From NCBI GenBank assembly GCA_002269645.1, contig NIVC01000032.1, positions 124,001 to 188,000 on the forward strand: a stretch of 64,000 bases of DNA, written 5' to 3'. Positions within the stretch are counted from its first letter, which is position 1, and each line of letters opens with the position of its first letter. The position numbers and the translations under genes are program-made. The DNA comes from Macrostomum lignano. Its lineage: Eukaryota. Of the stretch, positions 17,101 through 32,100 are shown one piece after another. A model generated the notes under the pieces. The model saw nothing but the letters and a program-made list of their open reading frames with translations, had not been told where the DNA came from and searched no databases.

Positions 17101-20100
17101 GGGGGATGCTTGCTATCTGGGGGGGTGCTTGCTATCTGGGGAGATGCTTGCTATCTGGGTGGATGCTTGCCATCTGGGGAGATGCTTGCTATCTGGGTGG
17201 ATGCTTGCTATCTGGGTGGATGCTTGCTATCTGGGGAGATGCTTGCTATCTGGGGGGATGCTTGCTATCTGGGGGGATGCTTGCTATCTGGGGGGATGCT
17301 TGCTATCTGGGGGGATGCTTGCTATCTGGGAAGATGCTTGCTATCTGGGTGGATGCTTGCTATCTGGGGAGATGCTTGCTATCTGGGTGGATGCTTGCTA
17401 TCTGGGGAGATGCTTGCTATCTGGGTGGATGCTTGGATTGCTTGCTATCTGGGGGGATGCTTGCTATCTGGGGAGATGCTTGCTATCTGGGGATGCTTGC
17501 TCTCTGGGGAGATGCTTGGATTGCTTGCTATCTGGGGAGATGCTTGCTATCTGTGGATGCTTGCTATCTGGGTGGATGCTTGGATTGCTTGCTATCTGGG
17601 GATGCTTGCTATCTGGGGATGCTTGCTATCTGGGGATGCTTGCTATCTGGGGATGCTTGCTATCTGGGGATGCTTGCTATCTGGGGATGCTTGCTATCTG
17701 GGGATGCTTGCTATCTGGGTGGATGCTTGGATTGCTTGCTATCTGGGGATGCTTGCTATCTGGGGATGCTTGCTATCTGGGGAGATGCTTGCTATCTGGG
17801 GAGATGCTTGCTATCTGGGTGGATGCTTGGATTGCTTGCTATCTGGGGATGCTTGCTATCTGGGGATGCTTGCTATCTGGGGAGATGCTTCCTATCTGGG
17901 GAGATGCTTGCTATCTGGGGAGATGCTTGCTATCTGGGGATGCTTGCTATCTGGGGATGCTTGCTATCTGGGGAGATGCTTGCTATCTGGGGAGATGCTT
18001 GCTATCTGGGGAGATGCTTGCTATCTGGGTGGATGCTTGCCATCTGGGGAGATGCTTGCTATCTGGGTGGATGCTTGCTATCTGGGTGGATGCTTGCTAT
18101 CTGGGGTGATGCTTGCTATCTGGGTGGATGCTTGCTATCTGGGGTGATGCTTGCTATCTAGGGGGATGCTTGCTATCTCGGGAGATGCTTGCTATCTGGG
18201 GATGCTTGCTATCTGGGGAGATGCTTGCTATCTGGGTGGATGCTTGCTATCTGGGGAGATGCTTGCTATCTGGGGATGCTTGCTATCTGGGGGGATGCTT
18301 GCTATCTGGGGAAATGCTTGCTATCTGGGGGGATGCTTGCTATCTGGGGGGATGCTTGCTATCTGGGTGGATGCTTGGATTGCTTGCTATCTGGGGGGAT
18401 GCTTGCTATCTGGGGAGATGCTTGCTATCTGGGGATGCTTGCTATCTGGGGAGATGCTTGCTATCTGGGGATGCTTGCTATCTGGGTGGATGCTTGCTAT
18501 CTGGGGAGATGCTTGCTATCTGGGTGGATGCTTGCTATCTGGGGGGATGCTTGCTATCTGGGGGGATGCTTGCTATCTCGGGAGATGCTTGCTATCTGGG
18601 GATGCTTGCTATCTGGGGAGATGCTTGCTATCTGGGGAGATGCTTGCTATCTGGGTGGATGCTTGCTATCTGGGGGGATGCTTGCTATCTGGGGAGATGC
18701 TTGCTATCTCGGGAGATGCTTGCTATCTGGGGATGCTTGCTATCTGGGGAGATGCTTGCTATCTGGGTGGATGCTTGCTATCTGGGGAGATGCTTGCTAT
18801 CTGGGGATGCTTGCTATCTGGGGGGATGCTTGCTATCTGGGGAGATGCTTGCTATCTGGGGATGCTTGCTATCTGGGTGGATGCTTGCTATCTGGGGAGA
18901 TGCTTGCTATCTGGGGGATGCTTGCTATCTGGGGGGATGCTTGCTATCTGGGGGGATGCTTGCTATCTCGGGAGATGCTTGCTATCTGGGGATGCTTGCT
19001 ATCTGGGGAGATGCTTGCTATCTGGGGATGCTTGCTATCTGGGGATGCTTGCTATCTGGGGAGATGCTTGCTATCTGGGGGGGTGCTTGCTATCTGGGGA
19101 GATGCTTGCTATCTGGGTGGATGCTTGCTATCTGGGGAGATGCTTGCTATCTGGGTGGATGCTTGCTATCTGGGTGGATGCTTGCTATCTGGGGAGATGC
19201 TTGCTATCTGGGGGGATGCTTGCTATCTGGGGGATGCTTGCTATCTGGGGGGATGCTTGCTATCTGGGGGATGCTTGCTATCTGGGAGATGCTTGCTATC
19301 TGGGTGGATGCTTGCTATCTGGGGAGATGCTTGCTATCTGGGTGGATGCTTGCTATCTGGGGAGATGCTTGCTATCTGGGTGGATGCTTGGATTGCTTGC
19401 TATCTGGGGGGATGCTTGCTATCTGGGGAGATGCTTGCTATCTGGGGATGCTTGCTCTCTGGGGAGATGCTTGGATTGCTTGCTATCTGGGGAGATGCTT
19501 GCTATCTGTGGATGCTTGCTATCTGGGTGGATGCTTGGATTGCTTGCTATCTGGGGATGCTTGCTATCTGGGGATGCTTGCTATCTGGGGATGCTTGCTA
19601 TCTGGGGATGCTTGCTATCTGGGGATGCTTGCTATCTGGGGATGCTTGCTATCTGGGGATGCTTGCTATCTGGGTGGATGCTTGGATTGCTTGCTATCTG
19701 GGGATGCTTGCTATCTGGGGATGCTTGCTATCTGGGGATGCTTGCTATCTGGGGAGATGCTTGCTATCTGGGGAGATGCTTGCTATCTGGGTGGATGCTT
19801 GGATTGCTTGCTATCTGGGGATGCTTGCTATCTGGGGATGCTTGCTATCTGGGGAGATGCTTCCTATCTGGGGAGATGCTTGCTATCTGGGGAGATGCTT
19901 GCTATCTGGGGATGCTTGCTATCTGGGGATGCTTGCTATCTGGGGAGATGCTTGCTATCTGGGGAGATGCTTGCTATCTGGGGAGATGCTTGCTATCTGG
20001 GTGGATGCTTGCTATCTGGGGAGATGCTTGCTATCTGGGTGGATGCTTGCTATCTGGGTGGATGCTTGCTATCTGGGGTGATGCTTGCTATCTGGGTGGA

Positions 20101-23100
20101 TGCTTGCTATCTGGGGATGCTTGCTATCTGGGGGATGCTTGCTATCTGGGAGATGCTTGCTATCTGGGGATGCTTGCTATCTGGGGAGATGCTTGCTATC
20201 TGGGGGATGCTTGCTATCTGGGGAGATGCTTGCTATCTGGGGATGCTTGCTATCTGGGGGATGCTTGCTATCTGGGGAGATGCTTGCTATCTGGGGGATG
20301 CTTGCTATCTGGGGGATGCTTGCTATCTGGGTGGATGCTTGGATTGCTTGCTATCTGGGGGGATGCTTGCTATCTGGGAGATGCTTGCTATCTGGGGATG
20401 CTTGCTATCTGGGGAGATGCTTGCTATCTGGGGATGCTTGCTATCTGGGTGGATGCTTGCTATCTGGGGAGATGCTTGCTATCTGGGTGGATGCTTGCTA
20501 TCTGGGGGATGCTTGCTATCTGGGGGATGCTTGCTATCTGGGAGATGCTTGCTATCTGGGGATGCTTGCTATCTGGGGAGATGCTTGCTATCTGGGGAGA
20601 TGCTTGCTATCTGGGTGGATGCTTGCTATCTGGGGGATGCTTGCTATCTGGGGATGCTTGCTATCTCGGGAGATGCTTGCTATCTGGGGATGCTTGCTAT
20701 CTGGGGAGATGCTTGCTATCTGGGTGGATGCTTGCTATCTGGGGAGATGCTTGCTATCTGGGGATGCTTGCTATCTGGGGGATGCTTGCTATCTGGGGAG
20801 ATGCTTGCTATCTGGGGATGCTTGCTATCTGGGGATGCTTGCTATCTGGGGAGATGCTTGCTATCTGGGGGATGCTTGCTATCTGGGGGATGCTTGCTAT
20901 CTGGGGGATGCTTGCTATCTGGGAGATGCTTGCTATCTGGGGATGCTTGCTATCTGGGGATGCTTGCTATCTGGGGATGCTTGCTATCTGGGGATGCTTG
21001 CTATCTGGGGAGATGCTTGCTATCTGGGGGATGCTTGCTATCTGGGGGGTGCTTGCTATCTGGGGAGATGCTTGCTATCTGGGTGGATGCTTGCTATCTG
21101 GGGAGATGCTTGCTATCTGGGGGATGCTTGCTATCTGGGGGATGCTTGCTATCTGGGGAGATGCTTGCTATCTGGGGGATGCTTGCTATCTGGGGGATGC
21201 TTGCTATCTGGGGGATGCTTGCTATCTGGGGGATGCTTGCTATCTGGGAGATGCTTGCTATCTGGGGGATGCTTGCTATCTGGGGAGATGCTTGCTATCT
21301 GGGGGATGCTTGCTATCTGGGGAGATGCTTGCTATCTGGGTGGATGCTTGGATTGCTTGCTATCTGGGGGATGCTTGCTATCTGGGGAGATGCTTGCTAT
21401 CTGGGGATGCTTGCTATCTGGGGGATGCTTGCTATCTGGGGGATGCTTGCTATCTGGGAGATGCTTGCTATCTGGGGATGCTTGCTATCTGGGGAGATGC
21501 TTGCTATCTGGGGATGCTTGCTATCTGGGGATGCTTGCTATCTGGGGAGATGCTTGCTATCTGGGGGATGCTTGCTATCTGGGGGATGCTTGCTATCTGG
21601 GGGATGCTTGCTATCTGGGATGCTTGCTATCTGGGTGGATGCTTGCTATCTGGGGGATGCTTGCTATCTGGGGGATGCTTGCTATCTGGGGATGCTTGCT
21701 ATCTGGGAGATGCTTGCTATCTGGGGATGCTTGCTATCTGGGGAGATGCTTGCTATCTGGGAGATGCTTGCTATCTGGGGATGCTTGCTATCTGGGGAGA
21801 TGCTTGCTATCTGGGGATGCTTGCTATCTGGGGATGCTTGCTATCTGGGGAGATGCTTGCTATCTGGGGATGCTTGCTATCTGGGTGGATGCTTGCTATC
21901 TGGGGGATGCTTGCTATCTGGGGGATGCTTGCTATCTGGGAGATGCTTGCTATCTGGGGGATGCTTGCTATCTGGGAGATGCTTGCTATCTGGGGGATGC
22001 TTGCTATCTGGGGGATGCTTGCTATCTGGGGGATGCTTGCTATCTGGGAGATGCTTGCTATCTGGGGGATGCTTGCTATCTGGGGAGATGCTTGCTATCT
22101 GGGGAGATGCTTGCTATCTGGGGGATGCTTGCTATCTGGGGGATGCTTGCTATCTGGGGGATGCTTGCTATCTGGGAGATGCTTGCTATCTGGGGATGCT
22201 TGCTATCTGGGGAGATGCTTGCTATCTGGGGATGCTTGCTATCTGGGGGGATGCTTGCTATCTCGGGAGATGCTTGCTATCTGGGAATGCTTGCTATCTG
22301 GGGAGATGCTTGCTATCTGGGGGATGCTTGCTATCTGGGGGGATGCTTGCTATCTGGGGGGATGCTTGCTATCTGGGGGGATGCTTGCTATCTGGGGAGA
22401 TGCTTGCTATCTGGGGATGCTTGCTATCTGGGGAGATGCTTGGATTGCTTGCTATCTGGGGAGATGCTTGGATTGCTTGCTATCTGGGGAGATGCTTGCT
22501 ATCTGGGATGCTTGCTATCTGGGGATGCTTGCTATCTGGGGATGCTTGCTATCTGGGGATGCTTGCTATCTGGGGATGCTTGCTATCTGGGGATGCTTGC
22601 TATCTGGGGATGCTTGCTATCTGGGTGGATGCTTGGATTGCTTGCTATCTGGGGATGCTTGCTATCTGGGGATGCTTGCTATCTGGGGAGATGCTTGCTA
22701 TCTGGGGAGATGCTTGCTATCTGGGTGGATGCTTGGATTGCTTGCTATCTGGGGATGCTTGCTATCTGGGGATGCTTGCTATCTGGGGAGATGCTTGCTA
22801 TCTGGGGAGATGCTTGCTATCTGGGGAGATGCTTGCTATCTGGGGATGCTTGCTATCTGGGGATGCTTGCTATCTGGGGAGATGCTTGCTATCTGGGGAG
22901 ATGCTTGCTATCTGGGGAGATGCTTGCTATCTGGGGATGCTTGCTATCTGGGGGATGCTTGCTATCTGGGGAGATGCTTGCTATCTGGGGATGCTTGCTA
23001 TCTGGGGGATGCTTGCTATCTGGGGGATGCTTGCTATCTGGGTGGATGCTTGGATTGCTTGCTATCTGGGGGATGCTTGCTATCTGGGGAGATGCTTGCT

Positions 23101-26100
23101 ATCTGGGGATGCTTGCTATCTGGGGAGATGCTTGCTATCTGGGGATGCTTGCTATCTGGGTGATGCTTGCTATCTGGGGAGATGCTTGCTATCTGGGGGA
23201 TGCTTGCTATCTGGGGGATGCTTGCTATCTGGGGGATGCTTGCTATCTGGGAGATGCTTGCTATCTGGGGATGCTTGCTATCTGGGGAGATGCTTGCTAT
23301 CTGGGGAGATGCTTGCTATCTGGGGGATGCTTGCTATCTGGGGGATGCTTGCTATCTGGGGATGCTTGCTATCTGGGAGATGCTTGCTATCTGGGGATGC
23401 TTGCTATCTGGGGAGATGCTTGCTATCTGGGTGGATGCTTGCTATCTGGGGAGATGCTTGCTATCTGGGGATGCTTGCTATCTGGGGGATGCTTGCTATC
23501 TGGGGAGATGCTTGCTATCTGGGGATGCTTGCTATCTGGGTGGATGCTTGCTATCTGGGGAGATGCTTGCTATCTGGGGGATGCTTGCTATCTGGGGATG
23601 CTTGCTATCTGGGGGATGCTTGCTATCTGGGAGATGCTTGCTATCTGGGGATGCTTGCTATCTGGGGAGATGCTTGCTATCTGGGGATGCTTGCTATCTG
23701 GGGATGCTTGCTATCTGGGATGCTTGCTATCTGGGGGATGCTTGCTATCTGGGGATGCTTGCTATCTGGGGAGATGCTTGCTATCTGGGGATGCTTGCTA
23801 TCTGGGGAGATGCTTGCTATCTGGGGATGCTTGCTATCTGGGGATGCTTGCTATCTGGGGGATGCTTGCTATCTGGGGGATGCTTGCTATCTGGGGGATG
23901 CTTGCTATCTGGGGGATGCTTGCTATCTGGGGGATGCTTGCTATCTGGGATGCTTGCTATCTGGGGATGCTTGCTATCTGGGGAGATGCTTGCTATCTGG
24001 GGATGCTTGCTATCTGGGGGATGCTTGCTATCTGGGGAGATGCTTGCTATCTGGGGATGCTTGCTATCTGGGGGATGCTTGCTATCTGGGGAGATGCTTG
24101 CTATCTGGGGATGCTTGCTATCTGGGGGATGCTTGCTATCTGGGGGATGCTTGCTATCTGGGGATGCTTGCTATCTGGGGATGCTTGCTATCTGGGGAGA
24201 TGCTTGCTATCTGGGGATGCTTGCTATCTGGGGATGCTTGCTATCTGGGGAGATGCTTGCTATCTGGGGATGCTTGCTATCTGGGGGATGCTTGCTATCT
24301 GGGGGATGCTTGCTATCTGGGGATGCTTGCTATCTGGGGGATGCTTGCTATCTGGGGGATGCTTGCTATCTGGGGGATGCTTGCTATCTGGGGGATGCTT
24401 GCTATCTGGGAGATGCTTGCTATCTGGGGATGCTTGCTATCTGGGGAGATGCTTGCTATCTGGGAGATGCTTGCTATCTGGGGATGCTTGCTATCTGGGG
24501 ATGCTTGCTATCTGGGGATGCTTGCTATCTGGGGATGCTTGCTATCTGGGGAGATGCTTGCTATCTGGGGATGCTTGCTATCTGGGGGATGCTTGCTATC
24601 TGGGGGATGCTTGCTATCTGGGGATGCTTGCTATCTGGGAGATGCTTGCTATCTGGGGGATGCTTGCTATCTGGGGAGATGCTTGCTATCTGGGGGATGC
24701 TTGCTATCTGGGGGATGCTTGCTATCTGGGGGATGCTTGCTATCTGGGAGATGCTTGCTATCTGGGGGATGCTTGCTATCTGGGGAGATGCTTGCTATCT
24801 GGGGAGATGCTTGCTATCTGGGGGATGCTTGCTATCTGGGGGATGCTTGCTATCTGGGGATGCTTGCTATCTGGGAGATGCTTGCTATCTGGGGATGCTT
24901 GCTATCTGGGGAGATGCTTGCTATCTGGGGATGCTTGCTATCTGGGGATGCTTGCTATCTGGGAGATGCTTGCTATCTGGGGATGCTTGCTATCTGGGGA
25001 TGCTTGCTATCTGGGGGATGCTTGCTATCTGGGGGATGCTTGCTATCTGGGGATGCTTGCTATCTGGGGATGCTTGCTATCTGGGGAGATGCTTGCTATC
25101 TGGGGATGCTTGCTATCTGGGGAGATGCTTGGATTGCTTGCTATCTGGGGATGCTTGCTTGCTATCTGGGGAGATGCTTGCTATCTGGGGATGCTTGCTA
25201 TCTGGGTGGATGCTTGGATTGCTTGCTATCTGGGGGATGCTTGCTATCTGGGGAGATGCTTGCTATCTGGGGATGCTTGCTATCTGGGGAGATGCTTGCT
25301 ATCTGGGGATGCTTGCTATCTGGGGAGATGCTTGCTATCTGGGGATGCTTGCTATCTGGGGAGATGCTTGCTATCTGGGGATGCTTGCTATCTGGGGAGA
25401 TGCTTGCTATCTGGGGAGATGCTTGCTATCTGGGGGATGCTTGCTATCTGGGGAGATGCTTGCTATCTGGGGATGCTTGCTATCTGGGGAGATGCTTGCT
25501 ATCTGGGTGGATGCTTGCTATCTGGGGGATGCTTGCTATCTGGGGGATGCTTGCTATCTGGGAGATGCTTGCTATCTGGGTGGATGCTTGCTATCTGGGG
25601 AGATGCTTGCTATCTGGGGATGCTTGCTATCTGGGGGATGCTTGCTATCTGGGGGATGCTTGCTATCTGGGGATGCTTGCTATCTGGGAGATGCTTGCTA
25701 TCTGGGGATGCTTGCTATCTGGGGAGATGCTTGCTATCTGGGGATGCTTGCTATCTGGGGGATGCTTGCTATCTGGGAGATGCTTGCTATCTGGGGATGC
25801 TTGCTATCTGGGGAGATGCTTGCTATCTGGGGGATGCTTGCTATCTGGGGGGATGCTTGCTATCTGGGGATGCTTGCTATCTGGGGGATGCTTGCTATCT
25901 GGGAGATGCTTGCTATCTGGGGGATGCTTGCTATCTGGGGAGATGCTTGCTATCTGGGGGATGCTTGCTATCTGGGGAGATGCTTGCTATCTGGGGGATG
26001 CTTGGATGCTTGCTATCTGGGGGATGCTTGCTATCTGGGGAGATGCTTGCTATCTGGGTGGATGCTTGCTATCTGGGGAGATGCTTGGATTGCTTGCTAT

Positions 26101-29100
26101 CTGGGGAGATGCTTGGATTGCTTGCTATCTGGGGAGATGCTTGCTATCTGGGGATGCTTGCTATCTGGGGGATGCTTGGATTGCTTGCTATCTGGGGGAT
26201 GCTTGCTATCTGGGGAGATGCTTGCTATCTGGGGATGCTTGCTATCTGGGGAGATGCTTGCTATCTGGGGATGCTTGCTATCTGGGGAGATGCTTGCTAT
26301 CTGGGGATGCTTGCTATCTGGGGGGATGCTTGCTATCTGGGGGATGCTTGCTATCTGGGGGATGCTTGCTATCTGGGGATGCTTGCTATCTGGGGAGATG
26401 CTTGCTATCTGGGGGATGCTTGCTATCTGGGGATGCTTGCTATCTGGGGGATGCTTGCTATCTGGGGAGATGCTTGCTATCTGGGTGGATGCTTGGATTG
26501 CTTGCTATCTGGGGGATGCTTGCTATCTGGGGAGATGCTTGCTATCTGGGGATGCTTGCTATCTGGGGAGATGCTTGGATTGCTTGCTATCTGGGGAGAT
26601 GCTTGGATGCTTGCTATCTGGGGAGATGCTTGCTATCTGGGGATGCTTGCTATCTGGGTGGATGCTTGGATTGCTTGCTATCTGGGGATGCTTGCTATCT
26701 GGGGATGCTTGCTATCTGGGGATGCTTGCTATCTGGGGATGCTTGCTATCTGGGGATGCTTGCTATCTGGGTGGATGCTTGGATTGCTTGCTATCTGGGG
26801 ATGCTTGCTATCTGGGGATGCTTGCTATCTGGGGAGATGCTTGCTATCTGGGGAGATGCTTGCTATCTGGGTGGATGCTTGGATTGCTTGCTATCTGGGG
26901 ATGCTTGCTATCTGGGGATGCTTGCTATCTGGGGAGATGCTTGCTATCTGGGGAGATGCTTGCTATCTGGGGAGATGCTTGCTATCTGGGGAGATGCTTG
27001 CTATCTGGGGATGCTTGCTATCTGGGGATGCTTGCTATCTGGGGAGATGCTTGCTATCTGGGGGGATGCTTGCTATCTGGGGGGATGCTTGCTATCTGGG
27101 GAGATGCTTGCTATCTGGGTGGATGCTTGCTATCTGGGGAGATGCTTGCTATCTGGGTGGATGCTTGCTATCTGGGGAGATGCTTGCTATCTGGGTGGAT
27201 GCTTGGATTGCTTGCTATCTGGGGGATGCTTGCTATCTGGGGAGATGCTTGCTATCTGGGGATGCTTGCTCTCTGGGGAGATGCTTGGATTGCTTGCTAT
27301 CTGGGGAGATGCTTGGATTGCTTGCTATCTGGGGAGATGCTTGCTATCTGGGGATGCTTGCTATCTGGGTGGATGCTTGGATTGCTTGCTATCTGGGGAT
27401 GCTTGCTATCTGGGGATGCTTGCTATCTGGGGATGCTTGCTATCTGGGGATGCTTGCTATCTGGGGATGCTTGCTATCTGGGGATGCTTGCTATCTGGGG
27501 ATGCTTGCTATCTGGGTGGATGCTTGGATTGCTTGCTATCTGGGGATGCTTGCTATCTGGGTGGATGCTTGGATTGCTTGCTATCTGGGGATGCTTGCTA
27601 TCTGGGGATGCTTGCTATCTGGGGAGATGCTTGCTATCTGGGGGATGCTTGCTATCTGGGAGATGCTTGCTATCTGGGGGATGCTTGCTATCTGGGGAGA
27701 TGCTTGCTATCTGGGGAGATGCTTGCTATCTGGGGGATGCTTGCTATCTGGGGATGCTTGCTATCTGGGGGATGCTTGCTATCTGGGAGATGCTTGCTAT
27801 CTGGGGATGCTTGCTATCTGGGGAGATGCTTGCTATCTGGGGATGCTTGCTATCTGGGGGATGCTTGCTATCTGGGGATGCTTGCTATCTGGGGATGCTT
27901 GCTATCTGGGGAGATGCTTGCTATCTGGGGGATGCTTGCTATCTGGGGGATGCTTGCTATCTGGGGGATGCTTGCTATCTGGGGGATGCTTGCTATCTGG
28001 GGAGATGCTTGCTATCTGGGGATGCTTGCTATCTGGGGAGATGCTTGCTATCTGGGTGGATGCTTGGATTGCTTGCTATCTGGGGGATGCTTGCTATCTG
28101 GGGAGATGCTTGCTATCTGGGGATGCTTGCTATCTGGGGAGATGCTTGGATTGCTTGCTATCTGGGGAGATGCTTGGATTGCTTGCTATCTGGGGAGATG
28201 CTTGCTATCTGGGGATGCTTGCTATCTGGGTGGATGCTTGGATTGCTTGCTATCTGGGGGATGCTTGCTATCTGGGGAGATGCTTGCTATCTGGGGATGC
28301 TTGCTATCTGGGGAGATGCTTGCTATCTGGGGATGCTTGCTATCTGGGGAGATGCTTGCTATCTGGGGATGCTTGCTATCTGGGGGATGCTTGCTATCTG
28401 GGGGATGCTTGCTATCTGGGGGATGCTTGCTATCTGGGGGATGCTTGCTATCTGGGGAGATGCTTGCTATCTGGGGGATGCTTGCTATCTGGGGAGATGC
28501 TTGCTATCTGGGGGATGCTTGCTATCTGGGGAGATGCTTGCTATCTGGGTGGATGCTTGGATTGCTTGCTATCTGGGGGGATGCTTGCTATCTGGGGAGA
28601 TGCTTGCTATCTGGGGAGATGCTTGCTATCTGGGTGGATGCTTGCTATCTGGGGAGATGCTTGCTATCTGGGTGGATGCTTGGATTGCTTGCTATCTGGG
28701 GGATGCTTGCTATCTGGGGAGATGCTTGCTATCTGGGGATGCTTGCTCTCTGGGGAGATGCTTGGATTGCTTGCTATCTGGGGAGATGCTTGGATTGCTT
28801 GCTATCTGGGGAGATGCTTGCTATCTGGGGATGCTTGCTATCTGGGGGATGCTTGGATTGCTTGCTATCTGGGGATGCTTGCTATCTGGGGATGCTTGCT
28901 ATCTGGGGATGCTTGCTATCTGGGGATGCTTGCTATCTGGGGATGCTTGCTATCTGGGTGGATGCTTGGATTGCTTGCTATCTGAAGATGCTTGCTATCT
29001 GGGGATGCTTGCTATCTGGGGAGATGCTTGCTATCTGGGGATGCTTGCTATCTGGGGATGCTTGCTATCTGGGGAGATGCTTGCTATCTGGGGATGCTTG

Positions 29101-32100
29101 CTATCTGGGGAGATGCTTGCTATCTGGGGATGCTTGCTATCTGGGGATGCTTGCTATCTGGGGAGATGCTTGCTATATGGGGAGATGCTTGCTATCTGGG
29201 GGATGCTTGCTATCTGGGGAGATGCTTGCTATCTGGGTGGATGCTTGCTATCTGGGGAGATGCTTGCTATCTGGGTGGATGCTTGCTATCTGGGGGATGC
29301 TTGCTATCTGGGGGATGCTTGCTATCTGGGAGATGCTTGCTATCTGGGGGATGCTTGCTATCTGGGGAGATGCTTGCTATCTGGGGAGATGCTTGCTATC
29401 TGGGGGATGCTTGCTATCTGGGGATGCTTGCTATCTGGGGATGCTTGCTATCTGGGGAGATGCTTGCTATCTGGGGATGCTTGCTATCTGGGGATGCTTG
29501 CTATCTGGGGAGATGCTTGCTATCTGGGGGATGCTTGCTATCTGGGGGATGCTTGCTATCTGGGGATGCTTGCTATCTGGGAGATGCTTGCTATCTGGGG
29601 ATGCTTGCTATCTGGGGGATGCTTGCTATCTGGGGGATGCTTGCTATCTGGGGGATGCTTGCTATCTGGGGATGCTTGCTATCTGGGGATGCTTGCTATC
29701 TGGGGAGATGCTTGCTATCTGGGGATGCTTGCTATCTGGGGATGCTTGCTATCTGGGGAGATGCTTGCTATCTGGGGATGCTTGCTATCTGGGGATGCTT
29801 GCTATCTGGGGAGATGCTTGCTATCTGGGGATGCTTGCTATCTGGGGGATGCTTGCTATCTGGGGGATGCTTGCTATCTGGGGATGCTTGCTATCTGGGA
29901 GATGCTTGCTATCTGGGGATGCTTGCTATCTGGGGAGATGCTTGCTATCTGGGGGATGCTTGCTATCTGGGGGATGCTTGCTATCTGGGGATGCTTGCTA
30001 TCTGGGAGATGCTTGCTATCTGGGGGATGCTTGCTATCTGGGGATGCTTGCTATCTGGGGAGATGCTTGCTATCTGGGGGATGCTTGCTATCTGGGGATG
30101 CTTGCTATCTGGGGGATGCTTGCTATCTGGGGAGATGCTTGCTATCTGGGGATGCTTGCTATCTGGGGAGATGCTTGCTATCTGGGGATGCTTGCTATCT
30201 GGGGGATGCTTGCTATCTGGGATGCTTGCTATCTGGGGATGCTTGCTATCTGGGGAGATGCTTGCTATCTGGGGGATGCTTGCTATCTGGGGGATGCTTG
30301 CTATCTGGGGGATGCTTGCTATCTGGGGGATGCTTGCTATCTGGGGAGATGCTTGCTATCTGGGGGATGCTTGCTATCTGGGGAGATGCTTGCTTGCTAT
30401 CTGGGGAGATGCTTGGGTGCTTGCTATCTGGGGAGATGCTTGCTATCTGGGGATGCTTGCTATCTGGGTGGATGCTTGGATTGCTTGCTATCTGGGGATG
30501 CTTGCTATCTGGGGAGATGCTTGCTATCTGGGGATGCTTGCTATCTGGGGAGATGCTTGCTATCTGGGGATGCTTGCTATCTGGGGAGATGCTTGCTATC
30601 TGGGGATGCTTGCTATCTGGGGAGATGCTTGCTATCTGGGGATGCTTGCTATCTGGGGAGATGCTTGCTATCTGGGGAGATGCTTGCTATCTGGGGATGC
30701 TTGCTATCTGGGGAGATGCTTGCTATCTGGGGGATGCTTGCTATCTGGGGAGATGCTTGCTATCTGGGGGATGCTTGCTATCTGGGGGATGCTTGCTATC
30801 TGGGGGATGCTTGCTATCTGGGAGATGCTTGCTATCTGGGGGATGCTTGCTATCTGGGGAGATGCTTGCTATCTGGGGAGATGCTTGCTATCTGGGGGAT
30901 GCTTGCTATCTGGGGATGCTTGCTATCTGGGGGATGCTTGCTATCTCGGGAGATGCTTGCTATCTGGGGATGCTTGCTATCTGGGGAGATGCTTGCTATC
31001 TGGGGATGCTTGCTATCTGGGGGGATGCTTGCTATCTCGGGAGATGCTTGCTATCTGGGGATGCTTGCTATCTGGGGAGATGCTTGCTATCTGGGGATGC
31101 TTGCTATCTGGGGGATGCTTGCTATCTGGGGGATGCTTGCTATCTGGGGGATGCTTGCTATCTGGGGAGATGCTTGCTATCTGGGGATGCTTGCTATCTG
31201 GGGAGATGCTTGCTATCTGGGGGATGCTTGCTATCTGGGGAGATGCTTGCTATCTGGGTGGATGCTTGGATTGCTTGCTATCTGGGGGGATGCTTGCTAT
31301 CTGGGGAGATGCTTGCTATCTGGGGATGCTTGCTCTCTGGGGAGATGCTTGGATTGCTTGCTATCTGGGGAGATGCTTGGATTGCTTGCTATCTGGGGAG
31401 ATGCTTGCTATCTGGGGATGCTTGCTATCTGGGTGGATGCTTGGATTGCTTGCTATCTGGGGGGATGCTTGCTATCTGGGGAGATGCTTGCTATCTGGGG
31501 ATGCTTGCTATCTGGGGAGATGCTTGCTATCTGGGGATGCTTGCTATCTGGGGAGATGCTTGCTATCTGGGGATGCTTGCTATCTGGGGGGATGCTTGCT
31601 ATCTGGGGGGATGCTTGCTATCTGGGGGATGCTTGCTATCTGGGGATGCTTGCTATCTGGGGAGATGCTTGCTATCTGGGTGGATGCTTGCTATCTGGGG
31701 AGATGCTTGCTATCTGGGTGGATGCTTGCTATCTGGGGAGATGCTTGCTATCTGGGTGGATGCTTGGATTGCTTGCTATCTGGGGGATGCTTGCTATCTG
31801 GGGAGATGCTTGCTATCTGGGGATGCTTGCTCTCTGGGAGATGCTTGGATTGCTTGCTATCTGGGGAGATGCTTGGATTGCTTGCTATCTGGGGAGATGC
31901 TTGCTATCTGGGGATGCTTGCTATCTGGGTGGATGCTTGGATTGCTTGCTATCTGGGGATGCTTGCTATCTGGGGATGCTTGCTATCTGGGGATGCTTGC
32001 TATCTGGGGATGCTTGCTATCTGGGGATGCTTGCTATCTGGGTGGATGCTTGGATTGCTTGCTATCTGGGGATGCTTGCTATCTGGGGATGCTTGCTATC